Positions 1-9,283 are shown, counted from the first letter of the stretch. The stretch is 64,000 bases of DNA from a bacterium (GCA_035530055.1 DATKVN010000010.1:6344-70343); one strand, 5' to 3'. Notes: generated from the sequence alone by a model not told the origin. Numbers and translations: made by a program.

Positions 1-344
1 GCAAATTTACAGCCAACCTGAGTAGAAAGGCATATTGTTTTTCTATTTTTTGCATAAATAAGGACGCTTTCTATGAAATTTCCGTCCGCGAGTTTAAAAA
101 GAAATTTTTCAGTACCGTCAGTTGACTTAAGATGCTGGGAAAGCTCAAGAGCGCTTATGTAATAGTTCTCGCCAAGTTTATCTCTAAGCGTCACTGGTAT
201 ATTGTCCATTTCGTGAAAATCGTGGACGCCTCTTCGATAAAGCCAGGAGAATATCTGGTTGGCTCTATAGCGTGCTTCGTGCATCTCCACAACTGTTTTT
301 TTAAGTTCTTCCAATGTCAAATTCCTGATATCATTCTTACCCAT
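1..344 (-). CDS. rlmN: 23S rRNA (adenine2503-C2)-methyltransferase RlmN, N-terminal part (runs off window start)
   Basis: Minus-strand translation from ATG at 344 is MGKNDIRNLTLEELKK...YRANQIFSWLY...FHEMDNIP...STDGTEKFLF...RKTICLSTQVGCKFA. This matches the RlmN/Cfr radical SAM N-terminus (FRADQ..W.Y, FDEMT, SSDGT.K, TLCVSSQVGC). The frame continues past position 1. Confidence 0.8.
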   Translation of the reverse strand, partial: MGKNDIRNLTLEELKKTVVEMHEARYRANQIFSWLYRRGVHDFHEMDNIPVTLRDKLGENYYISALELSQHLKSTDGTEKFLFKLADGNFIESVLIYAKNRKTICLSTQVGCKF

Positions 345-362
345 ATTCTGCGATTTTTGACC

Positions 363-1682
363 TTAATATCTAATTGTCTTTCTTTCAATTCCCAGGAGCG
401 GTTTTATGCCAATCATACTGAAAAAGAGCTGATTACTCTTGGTTTCTTCGACAGGTCTCACTTCTCTCAATTTCAGTGGCATAAAAATACCAACCATAAT
501 TCTTAACGTGGAAGATATTAAGAAAAGCGTTAAGATTTTGTACCCAAAAAGAGGCGGTAGTCTCTGCAATAAAAATCCGCCAAGAAGTGCGCCACCAGCG
601 AGCGCTAATCCATTGAGTACATTAAAATACGATATGCAGCGGGTTCGTTTTTCAGGAGTTACTGCATCGTAGATAAAATTGGTTGTACAAAGGTTAAATC
701 CTGCCCATAAAAATCCAGAGAATACTTGAGCGAAAATCAGGAATGCCGGGTTACGGTTAAAAATCCACATTAATGGAATTACTCCAATTAAGGGGGATGT
801 AAATTTAATAATTTTCAGGTTGCCAATTCTGTCTGCATGTCTGCCCCACCGTCTAATCATAATGTAAACCGTAAGAGTTGCAGCAATGGTGATAATGATA
901 TAAAGAATGTAACTAAAATGTAAATCCTTAAGCATTAGTACTGCAAAAAATGGAGCTGCCAAATTAACAGAGAAATTCATCATAGATACGAACAGAACAA
1001 ATTTTGCAAAATTGCTCTCTTTTATTCGAGCCAGGAAATCAAATAAAGTAAATTGATTTTCTTTCCCGTGGTTCAAAGGTGGTTCATACATTCTTGTTAA
1101 AAAATACCAGGACATCATCCTGAATATGAACGCAAGACCAAAAATAAGCGTAAAGCCATAAAATATGTTAACTCCTTTCATCTTCTGAAGAATGAATCCA
1201 GCTATTAAGGCTGCGGCGACTGTTATGAACCCCAGTGTCCTGTTCCTCCAGCCAAAATATGTTCCTCTCTTGTTTTCATCCACCAGGTCTGACATTAGGC
1301 TTCCCCATGCAGGGGTGGCAAGTGCTCCAAATGATGTAAACAGAACTACATATACTATAAAAGTAACTGGTTTCCCTCCACCTGACAAAGCCATAATTGC
1401 CATTGGCAATAACATAAGCGCATGAAGTAAAACAAAGATGTTGATAGTCTTCTTCCGCGACTTCAGGCGCTCGGTAAGGTCAGCACTTTTAACCTGTATC
1501 AGAGATGCAAAGAAATTAGGAAGAGCGCTCAGCATTCCTATATGTTTTGCTGTGGCGCCTAACAAGAGTAAAAATGGAGTGAGATATTCCTGGGTAAAGC
1601 CAGTCATTCCACTGGCAAATATCCCGTCGGAAAACGAAAATTTTAAACTTTTATTTTTCTTATTATCGTTTTGATTTGTCAT
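363..1682 (-). CDS. MFS (major facilitator superfamily) transporter
   Basis: 439 aa with about 12 predicted TM segments and an MFS-like loop between TM2 and TM3 (DLVDENKRGTYFGWRNR). Confidence 0.75.
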   Translation of the reverse strand: MTNQNDNKKNKSLKFSFSDGIFASGMTGFTQEYLTPFLLLLGATAKHIGMLSALPNFFASLIQVKSADLTERLKSRKKTINIFVLLHALMLLPMAIMALSGGGKPVTFIVYVVLFTSFGALATPAWGSLMSDLVDENKRGTYFGWRNRTLGFITVAAALIAGFILQKMKGVNIFYGFTLIFGLAFIFRMMSWYFLTRMYEPPLNHGKENQFTLFDFLARIKESNFAKFVLFVSMMNFSVNLAAPFFAVLMLKDLHFSYILYIIITIAATLTVYIMIRRWGRHADRIGNLKIIKFTSPLIGVIPLMWIFNRNPAFLIFAQVFSGFLWAGFNLCTTNFIYDAVTPEKRTRCISYFNVLNGLALAGGALLGGFLLQRLPPLFGYKILTLFLISSTLRIMVGIFMPLKLREVRPVEETKSNQLFFSMIGIKPLLGIERKTIRY

Positions 1683-1705
1683 ATGTCAAATTCCGGGGAA
1701 ATTCC

Positions 1706-1779
1706 GGGGACACAATACTTAATTATCTCACTTGAACCCCTTTCCCCGCATCCAGTCAATAATTGAGTATTGTGTCCCC
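1706..1779. repeat. Minimal inverted-repeat pair of the RAYT-associated family (GGGGACACAATACTTAATTAT ... ATAATTGAGTATTGTGTCCCC) with a 30-bp spacer
   Basis: Direct sequence match to the terminal inverted repeats of the RAYT element at 21330-22117. The arms extend to AATTCCGGGGACACAATAC / GTATTGTGTCCCCCGAATT. The element lies between the MFS start and the HEPN gene end. Confidence 0.7.
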
Positions 1780-1793
1780 CGAATTTATTAGAC

Positions 1794-2351
1794 TTATTTT
1801 AATCCCTTTATTAAACTTTCTATCGTATCAACAAAATCTATTGCATTTTTATAAACCTTTTCAGCATCTTTTTGCGCAATAACTGCATCGGCCTTATACT
1901 GTGCTGTATTTCTTTTGGATTTCGTGGCCCACATTCTATTAACATATTTCTCATCAAGCCTTTTTGCAGATTTTATCTTCTTGATGTCCTCTGATTCTAT
2001 AGCTTTTCCTTTGAAAACAAAATGATATTCTAAACCCTCGATAAGGCTTTCATGGCTTTGGGCTTTTATCCCTATTGCGGCCAACGCAGCTGTTGCCGCA
2101 TGAAACATTGCATAATATCCACAGCTTATAGTCCAATCATGTCCGATATAATCGGCACTTACTTTTAGTCTTTTCTTGCTCTCTTTATCTTCCGAAACCT
2201 CCATAAGCAAAGAACCTGTCTCAATATTATGCCTTGCTTTATCAACATGATATTTTACTAGTGCTGTAATCGTAGGGTCTACTTTTAAATCGCCATTATC
2301 AAAATAACCTTTTACTTTTATTTTTAGCATTTCTTTCTTCAAATCACTCAT
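1794..2351 (-). CDS. HEPN-domain protein (toxin-like partner of the wHTH-nucleotidyltransferase), variant motif
   Basis: About 185 aa from the internal start MSDLKK. Its ATG overlaps the upstream gene's stop as ATGA (2348-2351). It is homologous to the 8290-8742 protein. The C-terminal block KSKRNTAQYKADA sits where HEPN Rx4-6H is expected, with Y in place of H. Confidence 0.5.
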   Translation of the reverse strand: MSDLKKEMLKIKVKGYFDNGDLKVDPTITALVKYHVDKARHNIETGSLLMEVSEDKESKKRLKVSADYIGHDWTISCGYYAMFHAATAALAAIGIKAQSHESLIEGLEYHFVFKGKAIESEDIKKIKSAKRLDEKYVNRMWATKSKRNTAQYKADAVIAQKDAEKVYKNAIDFVDTIESLIKGLK

Positions 2352-2965
2352 TTTATTACCTCCAATATCAGTTCCCAAAATTTCTCTGCACCAAACAATA
2401 TTATTTTATTTTTTAAGATCTCCTTGGCTACATTATGCTCCTTATCTTTTAACATTGCTAATAAATTTGTTGGCTCAGAAACCAAAGGGTTTATTTCGAC
2501 ACCAAAACCTTTTGACAAGGCGACACATTCCATATCAATAATTTCATCATATTTCTTTTTTGAAGGGACAAGGATAAAAAGGTCGATATCACTTTTTTTA
2601 AAGTCGGTCCCTTTAGCCAAAGATCCAAATAGAACGACAGAAAGTAAGTTAAAATCTGTCTTTTTAGGTAACTCCGAAAGAAGCTTTTCAACTACAAAAA
2701 AAATCTTGTCTCTTTTCTTTAGAAAATCTTCAGCTATCTGATTTGATATTTTAACAAAGCTTGTTTTTACCTCTGGATTTTTATAGTTAGGCCTACAATA
2801 TTTACGGTTTGAACGCTGTTCAATAATTAAAATCTCTTTATCTTTCAATTCTTCAACTTGTCTGTACACATAACTGTAAGAAATGTTTGTTTTTGTAGCT
2901 AACTCGTTTATTGTAAATTGCGCATATACGTCATCATAGAATAGCTTTACTATTTTATCTTGCAT
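2348..2965 (-). CDS. Winged-HTH + minimal nucleotidyltransferase (MNT) fusion protein
   Basis: The N-terminal wHTH resembles a transcriptional regulator. The C-terminal Pol-beta-type NTase motif is LFGSLAKGTDFKKSDIDLFIL (GS-x9-13-DxD). An RBS GGAGG precedes the ATG at 2965. Confidence 0.7.
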   Translation of the reverse strand: MQDKIVKLFYDDVYAQFTINELATKTNISYSYVYRQVEELKDKEILIIEQRSNRKYCRPNYKNPEVKTSFVKISNQIAEDFLKKRDKIFFVVEKLLSELPKKTDFNLLSVVLFGSLAKGTDFKKSDIDLFILVPSKKKYDEIIDMECVALSKGFGVEINPLVSEPTNLLAMLKDKEHNVAKEILKNKIILFGAEKFWELILEVIK

Positions 2966-2978
2966 TTTTAACCTCCAT

Positions 2979-3016
2979 TATCACTTTTGGTGATAATATT
3001 ATCACTAAAAGTGATA
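2979..3016. promoter_or_regulatory. Two palindromic operator-like sites TATCAC-N5-GTGATA, centres 21 bp apart, immediately upstream of the wHTH-MNT gene
   Basis: TATCACTTTTGGTGATA at 2979-2995 and TATCACTAAAAGTGATA at 3000-3016 were seen directly. They lie next to the RBS of the wHTH-containing gene, which suggests an autoregulatory operator. Confidence 0.5.
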
Positions 3017-3436
3017 GATGTCAAGCGAAATTTTACGGGGGGAAACAGGCTTTGCCTATTTCGGGTTGGTGGGGTATTTTCCTTTCCGGCTGCTTTTTAG
3101 CAGCAACTAGGGAGTTGATGCAGCGGTCCCGAAGAATATCTACACTGAATTTCTTCATTCGGGAACGCAAAAACATCAAAATCGCCCCCGCCATCGGCGG
3201 GGCTTTGGCCCAAAAAAGAATTTCTTTTTTTCTTTTTGCCCCCTTTAATTTCTTGTTTTCAGAAACAGAAAAGAAACTGCAATGTCAAAAGAATCAAAAA
3301 CTTACAAAAATATGCCAAAAAAAATCTACATCCGTACCTTCGGTTGAACCTTGGTTTGTTCTTTACAAATTGTCTCACTCGTTCATCAATTCCACCCTGA
3401 TAAGCTTAACCAAATTAGATAATTATTTAAGCATTT

Positions 3437-5281
3437 TTAACCTTTTTTTCTCTCAGCCAAAAGAATAACATGTTTTAACTCTTCTTCGCCTTTTGCCTCA
3501 AGCCACTTCTTCTCAAATTCAGGATTCTGAACAATTTGAGCAATAGCAGCTAAAATTTTTAGATGTAAAACACGTTCGCCAGAAGAACCGACAAGAATAA
3601 ACGCAATATGAACTAACTGATCATTAGGGAAAATAATCCCCGTTTTTGCTCTAACCAAAATGACTTTAGCAATATTTTTCGCTCCGACAAAGATATGTGG
3701 AATAGCTAACCCTTTTCCAATTACTGTGCTTGATTCCGTCTCTCTTTTAACAAATTTCTTGAATAATTCTTCAGAATTTACATTTAGATCCCTACTTAGC
3801 ATGACTGAAACTTCTTTAAAAAAAACTTCCATTTTTAAAGGGGAATCTATATCTAAAACCCTCCCTTCTTCAATAAGTCTCTGGAATTTATCGCCCAGAA
3901 TCCCTTCTCGCTGGATAACTATCTCTTTTAACTCCGTTAGAAGACTGTCTGAGACTAATTCTTTATCCCTAGCAACCAATCTTTCTAAAACATATATGAG
4001 AGCTGTGTTTTGAGCTGCTCTTTTTTGCGCATATACTTTGTACCAGACAACTCCCAAAAGAAGAAAAATAGTAGTCAGAAAAATAATAAACGAGCCCATT
4101 TCTATTAAAAGAAAAATTCCTCCTAATACCCCTAAAATCTGCATATAAGGATAAAAGGGTGCATAGAATTTTGGCCTGTAGCTTAGAAGCTTGCTTTCTC
4201 TGAATAAGATAAGGGTCAGGTTGGCGAATATATAAAGTAAAATCAACACAGTGGAGGCAACTTTGACCAGTAATTCCAGCTTTAAAAAATAAATAGCCAA
4301 AACCATAAAAGCGCCGGTAAAGAAAATAGCGATATGAGGGGTTTTGAATTGGGAGCTTATTTTTTGAAAAACGGCGGGTAAAAGCTTGTCCCTGCTCATA
4401 CTCAAAGGGTATCTTGAAGCAGTCATAATCCCTGCGTTAGCAGTAGAAATAAAGGCCAAAAATGCGCCTATACTTATAATAATTTTTAAAACATTTCCAC
4501 CAAAGGCTCCTGCCCCGTCTGAGATCGGAGTAAGAGTACCTTTTAGGTTCTCGGGACTTAAAACCCCTATAGTTACAAAGATAACCAAAGCATAAAAAAT
4601 AGAGGTTACAATAAGAGAAAGTATCATGCCTAGAGGTAAATTCCTGCCTGGATTTTTTACTTCCTCAGCTAAAGCCACTACTTTAGTCAATCCCCCATAG
4701 GAAATAAAGACAAAGCTTGCTGTCGCAAGCAAAGAATTCAGCCCTTTAGAAAAGAATGGCGAAAAATGTCCGAAATCGACAGCTCTCATACCCCAGACAA
4801 CATAGCTGATAAGTATACCTAATAGGCCAACAACTAACCACACCTGAAATCTTCCAGCTTCTTTTACTCCTATTAAATTCAAGATTATAAAAAATAAACA
4901 ACAAATGAGTGCAACGATATGTATTGGAATATGAGTCATTATCGTTAAATACGCACCCATACCCAACAAAGCAAAGGCCCCTTTCAGGCTCAAAGAAAAC
5001 CAGGTACTAAAACCAGCTATTGTTCCCAATAGCGGACCAAATCCTCTCATGATATAGAAATAATCTCCGCCGGCCTTGGGCATCGCTGTAGTCAATTCTG
5101 CCATACTCAAAACCGTAGGGATACAAAACACACCCGCTATTATGTAAGATAGAATAACCGCAGGCCCCGCTTTAGCATAAGCTAATCCGGGCAAAATAAA
5201 CAAGCCCGAACTCATCATTGCCCCTGTCGCTACACAGAAAACATCTAAAAGAGTAAGTTCTCTTTTTAGACTTCTCTCCAT
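3437..5281 (-). CDS. APC-family amino acid permease fused to a C-terminal PTS EIIA (fructose/Ntr-type) domain
   Basis: 614 aa. The N-terminal roughly 430 aa form a 12-TM APC permease. The C-terminal roughly 150 aa carry the EIIA-2 signature GLAIPH...HIAFILVGS (phosphorylatable His). Confidence 0.8.
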   Translation of the reverse strand: MERSLKRELTLLDVFCVATGAMMSSGLFILPGLAYAKAGPAVILSYIIAGVFCIPTVLSMAELTTAMPKAGGDYFYIMRGFGPLLGTIAGFSTWFSLSLKGAFALLGMGAYLTIMTHIPIHIVALICCLFFIILNLIGVKEAGRFQVWLVVGLLGILISYVVWGMRAVDFGHFSPFFSKGLNSLLATASFVFISYGGLTKVVALAEEVKNPGRNLPLGMILSLIVTSIFYALVIFVTIGVLSPENLKGTLTPISDGAGAFGGNVLKIIISIGAFLAFISTANAGIMTASRYPLSMSRDKLLPAVFQKISSQFKTPHIAIFFTGAFMVLAIYFLKLELLVKVASTVLILLYIFANLTLILFRESKLLSYRPKFYAPFYPYMQILGVLGGIFLLIEMGSFIIFLTTIFLLLGVVWYKVYAQKRAAQNTALIYVLERLVARDKELVSDSLLTELKEIVIQREGILGDKFQRLIEEGRVLDIDSPLKMEVFFKEVSVMLSRDLNVNSEELFKKFVKRETESSTVIGKGLAIPHIFVGAKNIAKVILVRAKTGIIFPNDQLVHIAFILVGSSGERVLHLKILAAIAQIVQNPEFEKKWLEAKGEEELKHVILLAERKKG

Positions 5282-8010
5282 TTAAGCATTCTCCTTATTT
5301 TTGCCCGTGGTCTCAAATATTTGTACAACTCGCCTAACCATAATACCGAAGACGAAAAAATGATTATAATGAGTATTTCTAATAAACCTAAGGGCACAAA
5401 TTGAAATACGCCTTGGAAAAATGGGACATAAAGTACCATGGCTAACAGAAAAACAGAAGCTATAAGAGATGCGACTATAAAATTATTGCTAAAAAGACCT
5501 ATCTTGAAAATAGATCTTTTAAGTGAACGCATATTTAAAACATTAAATAATTGAGTGAATGCCATAACAGTAAATGCCCCTGTCCTTGCCTTTTCTATTC
5601 CGCTTGGCAAATAGGCATTAAAAATAATTAATGTAAAAATAACCATAATACCGGCCATGATGAGAATGAAAGGGATGATTTCTTTTGATAAAATATTTTC
5701 TTTTGCCTTTCGTGGAGGTTCTTCCAAAACGTCCTCATGACTTGGTTCAGCAGCTAAGGCAACATCGCTAACCCCATCAGTAACCAAATTGAGCCATAAC
5801 AACTGAGTAGGTAGCAATGGCAATGGAAGGCCAAGAAGCATTGTAGTTATAATACTTATACTTTCTGCAAAATTAGTAGTGATTAGAAAAGAACTTGCCT
5901 GTCTTGTATTCGTAAAAACAGTTCTTCCTTCTTCTATTGCATTCACAATAGAAGAAAAATTATCATCAGCAAGCACAATTGCGCTTGATTCCCTTGCTAC
6001 ATCAGTACCAATTATACCCATGGCAACTCCGATATCCGCTCTTTTAAGTGCAGGTGCATCATTAACCCCGTCCCCTGTCATGGCAACAATATGGCCTTGT
6101 TTCTGTAAAGTCTCAACAATTCTTAATTTCATACCAGGAGTTAACCTAGCAAAAATAGAAATATGTTTTATTGTTTCTTCAAACTCTTCTTCTGAAAGAT
6201 TTAGCAATTCTTGTTCAGTAAGAACCTCCGGACGCTTACTTTTTGTCTTTTCGCCAATCATCCCTATCTCTTTAGCGACGGCAACAGCTGTGTCCTTATG
6301 GTCTCCTGTCTTCATAATAACTCTAATACCTGCTTTCCTGGCTTTAGCAATTGCCTCCTTTACTTGGGGCCTTGGAGGATCCAGCATACCAACAACGCCA
6401 ACCAAAACAAGATCATTGACCAAATCTTCTGACAGGTTATCTGTACTGACAGGAGTTATCTTGTAAGCTAAGCCAAGAACTCTCATTGCTTTCTTTGCCA
6501 AACCTTGTATTCCGGCTAGAATTTCCTGTCTCTCTTCTTGAGTTATCTTCTTCTCTCCTTTTTCCCAAAGAATAAAAGAGGAATGGGCAAGAACAGCCTC
6601 GGGAGCTCCGATAACATAAATTTCTTTCTTCCTATCTTCTTCCACAAGTACTGAAAGCGATGCTCTATATTTCAATTCTGGATTAAATGGTAAATCATCT
6701 ATTCTTTTCTCTTTTTCCAGCAACTCTTCTTTCTTTAATCCAGCCTTTTCTGCAAGAGCAACCAAAGCAGCCTCTGTGGGGTCACCAATAATTTTATATT
6801 TTTCGTCCTCTTCTTTTACTATCCTTGCATTATTACAAACACAAGCGATATGTAAAAGTTTTGATAAACGAGAATTTTCTAATGGAGCAATGATGTTATC
6901 TTTTTGAGAAAAATCCCCTGAAGGCTTCCAGCCTTCTCCTGAAACAGTGATTTCATCTTCACCCGGCAAAATTATCTTCTCAACATTCATGGTGTTTTGC
7001 GTTAATGTTCCTGTCTTGTCGGTTGCAATAACTGTTGCTACCCCAAGAGTTTCAGTTGCCGGCAATGTTCTAACAATAGCATTTTTTTTTGCCATCCTGT
7101 AGGCACCAATAGCAAGTACTATTATCAGTACTGCGGGCAATCCTTCCGGAATTCCAGCAACAAGAGAAGCTATTGTAAAAAGAAAAATTTCAGAGAATTC
7201 AAACCCTCTAACAAAAAAACCGACCAGGAATACTATAAATGCACAGACAACCGCAATAATACCCATTTGTCTTGCCAGAATAGCTGTCTTCTTTTCAAAA
7301 TGACCCTTGACTTTTTTTATCTTTTCTATACTAGTAGCTACTTTACCAATGGCTGTTTTAATACCCGTAGATACCACAACAGCCTTAGCCTGTCCGCCGG
7401 CAACAAATGTCCCCATCCATACCATATTCTTACGGTCAGCTAAACCTGTTTTTTCAGGCAGCACTTTAACGTCTTTGTCAATAGGAAGTGACTCGCCAGT
7501 TAAAGAAGCCTCTACTGTCCTGGTGTTTTTCACTTCAAGAAGTCTTGCATCAGCAGGAATTCTGTCGCCCTCTTCTAAGAAAATAATGTCTCCGGGCACT
7601 AATTCTTTCGCATGTACTTGCAGTAATTTTCCTCCTCGGAAAACCTTTGCATAAGGCACAATCATCCTTTTTAAAGCCTGAATTGATCTCTCTGCCTTAT
7701 TCTCTTGAATGAAGCCTATTATGGCATTAATTAGAATTACAGCTAAAATTACATAAACATCAACTGCATGGCCAATGAAAAATGAAATGGCAGCAGCGGC
7801 AATAAGGATATAAATTAGAATGCTATGAAATTGCTTAAGGAAAATCAGAACAGGATGTTTAGCTTTTTTCTCAGGTATTTCGTTAGGGCCAAAATCCTGT
7901 AAGCGGGTCTTTGCTTCTTTATGCGAAAGTCCGCTTATCCCGGAAGATAATTTCTTCAGCACTTTTTCAACAGGTTCTGAATGAAATGAATTATTTAACA
8001 TCTGAATCAT
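5266..8010 (-). CDS. P-type cation-transporting ATPase (type II, Ca2+/Mg2+-like)
   Basis: 914 aa with DKTGTLT, TGDGVNDAPALK and TGES-like motifs and about 10 TM segments. The 16-bp overlap with the downstream permease suggests an operon. Confidence 0.9.
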   Translation of the reverse strand: MIQMLNNSFHSEPVEKVLKKLSSGISGLSHKEAKTRLQDFGPNEIPEKKAKHPVLIFLKQFHSILIYILIAAAAISFFIGHAVDVYVILAVILINAIIGFIQENKAERSIQALKRMIVPYAKVFRGGKLLQVHAKELVPGDIIFLEEGDRIPADARLLEVKNTRTVEASLTGESLPIDKDVKVLPEKTGLADRKNMVWMGTFVAGGQAKAVVVSTGIKTAIGKVATSIEKIKKVKGHFEKKTAILARQMGIIAVVCAFIVFLVGFFVRGFEFSEIFLFTIASLVAGIPEGLPAVLIIVLAIGAYRMAKKNAIVRTLPATETLGVATVIATDKTGTLTQNTMNVEKIILPGEDEITVSGEGWKPSGDFSQKDNIIAPLENSRLSKLLHIACVCNNARIVKEEDEKYKIIGDPTEAALVALAEKAGLKKEELLEKEKRIDDLPFNPELKYRASLSVLVEEDRKKEIYVIGAPEAVLAHSSFILWEKGEKKITQEERQEILAGIQGLAKKAMRVLGLAYKITPVSTDNLSEDLVNDLVLVGVVGMLDPPRPQVKEAIAKARKAGIRVIMKTGDHKDTAVAVAKEIGMIGEKTKSKRPEVLTEQELLNLSEEEFEETIKHISIFARLTPGMKLRIVETLQKQGHIVAMTGDGVNDAPALKRADIGVAMGIIGTDVARESSAIVLADDNFSSIVNAIEEGRTVFTNTRQASSFLITTNFAESISIITTMLLGLPLPLLPTQLLWLNLVTDGVSDVALAAEPSHEDVLEEPPRKAKENILSKEIIPFILIMAGIMVIFTLIIFNAYLPSGIEKARTGAFTVMAFTQLFNVLNMRSLKRSIFKIGLFSNNFIVASLIASVFLLAMVLYVPFFQGVFQFVPLGLLEILIIIIFSSSVLWLGELYKYLRPRAKIRRMLKWREV

Positions 8011-8109
8011 TTAGCCTCTCTACTGGCCTAACGTTACCAACGCCTCTGCTATCTTCTCCATAGTCCGTATATAACGCAGCCATTAAAAACTAGAAAAACT
8101 AAAAAACTA

Positions 8110-8292
8110 GGGACAGCGACCTATTTTTCTTTCTTGTTCGGATTCTAATTTTGGGGGCAGGTCTTGATTATTGAATAAAAAAGTCATTTTCCTCTGTTTC
8201 TTATCTAAACTAATTTTAGTATAAATGTAAAAAAGTAGCCTGTCCCCCTCTTCTTTTCCTACTTCTGTTAAATTAAATGGTCGCTGTCCCTA
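8110..8292. repeat. About 183-bp element bounded by a perfect 14-bp inverted repeat TAGGGACAGCGACC / GGTCGCTGTCCCTA
   Basis: The inverted repeat was seen directly. The same 14-mer recurs at 45811-45824. The right copy supplies the TAG stop of the 8290-8742 gene. Confidence 0.4.
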
Positions 8293-8742
8293 TTTTCTCG
8301 GATAATTTTTCTTAAGCCAATTAAGAATTATTTCTAAAAATCCTTCTGCCTCTTTAATCAACTCTACGGCTTCCAACCCTGAAATTCCACCAGCATAATC
8401 ATAATCGGTTATATTTCTCTTTGCCCTGCAGGAATCAAAATAATCTGCCAAATCATAATAATCTTTACCCATTATTTCTTTCATTGCTTGAAACACAGTA
8501 AAATGATGCCCTGCACCTTCTGGCTTATATCCCTTGCAATAAAGGAGAATTGTAGCTAATTGTAAGACAGCATTATAAGCAGTAACAAACTTTCTATCCG
8601 CAGAAAGACCCTTTACTTTTGCGTCTTTTATATCCCTCTTTACGAGTTCTAACAAATTGCCGATTTCTTTTTTAGATGTCTTATGCCGCCTTAACTTTCC
8701 TTGATTCAATAATTGCTTTAAGTGCATCATTATCTCCCACAA
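8290..8742 (-). CDS. HEPN-domain protein (second copy; partner of the wHTH-MNT at 8681-9283)
   Basis: 150 aa, homologous to the 1794-2351 protein with the same C-terminal block (CRAKRNITDYDYAGG). Its start overlaps the 3' end of the upstream MNT gene. Confidence 0.5.
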   Translation of the reverse strand: MWEIMMHLKQLLNQGKLRRHKTSKKEIGNLLELVKRDIKDAKVKGLSADRKFVTAYNAVLQLATILLYCKGYKPEGAGHHFTVFQAMKEIMGKDYYDLADYFDSCRAKRNITDYDYAGGISGLEAVELIKEAEGFLEIILNWLKKNYPRK

Positions 8743-9283
8743 TGAACATTTTCTTATCTTTTAAAACTGCCTTAAGAAAATGGTCTTTCTGTTTTAGCCT
8801 CTTTATAAATTCCTGCATAGGAAATACTGCATAGTTAATTTCACGCATTAATTCTCTCTTGGGCTTAGAAAGGATAGTTGAAAGTTCTCTTGAGGAGATA
8901 TCTCCTATTACCATTAAGTCAATATCGCTGGAAAGGCTTTCCCCTCCCTTTGCATAAGAACCATAGATAAAAGCGACTTTAATTCCATTTCCCTCAAGAT
9001 TATCTTTTAGAACTTTGGCAATCCCTACGCTCTTAAATAAGATATTCTTTAATTCTTCAAATATAGGACAGTTTCTGTTTACTTTATAATAGACGCGATT
9101 GCCCCGTGTGGTCTTTTCGATAAGACCAAGACTATGAAGTTTCTCTACCTCCCGTTGAACGCCTCTTATGGACTGGTGGGTAATTGCAGAAATTTCTCTT
9201 TGATAAAAGTTATCTCCGGGATTAAACAGGAATAATTTTAAAATCTCAACCCTTGCCTTTGAAGAAAAGAGTTTATCTATCAT
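8681..9283 (-). CDS. Winged-HTH + minimal nucleotidyltransferase fusion protein (second copy)
   Basis: wHTH (VEILKLFLFNPGDNFYQREISAITHQSIRGVQREV) plus NTase motif IYGSYAKGGESLSSDIDLMVI. The listed ORF begins with a TTG, so the start was moved to the ATG that begins MIDKLFSS. Confidence 0.65.
   Translation of the reverse strand: MIDKLFSSKARVEILKLFLFNPGDNFYQREISAITHQSIRGVQREVEKLHSLGLIEKTTRGNRVYYKVNRNCPIFEELKNILFKSVGIAKVLKDNLEGNGIKVAFIYGSYAKGGESLSSDIDLMVIGDISSRELSTILSKPKRELMREINYAVFPMQEFIKRLKQKDHFLKAVLKDKKMFIVGDNDALKAIIESRKVKAA

Noticed and set aside
132-506. 124-aa plus-strand ORF at window start
   Set aside because: It is antisense to the rlmN N-terminus and the MFS C-terminus, which have strong homology support.
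3017-3436. Possible tmRNA (GGGGGGAAACAGGC... and GCTGCTTTTTAGCAGCAA resembling a tag-peptide end)
   Set aside because: There is no tRNA-like 3' domain (no GGTTCGANTCC T-arm or acceptor pairing). The resemblance is superficial.
3052-3468. 138-aa plus-strand ORF in the 420-bp gap
   Set aside because: Composition is non-protein-like, with no RBS and no recognisable domain. I treated the region as non-coding.
5879-6466. Plus-strand ORFs (195 aa and others) antisense inside the P-type ATPase gene; similar antisense ORFs inside most large minus-strand genes (for example 3660-4013, 7307-7654, 11134-11442, 31346-31663)
   Set aside because: They are fully embedded antisense to strongly supported genes and have no motifs. 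They are typical shadow ORFs.
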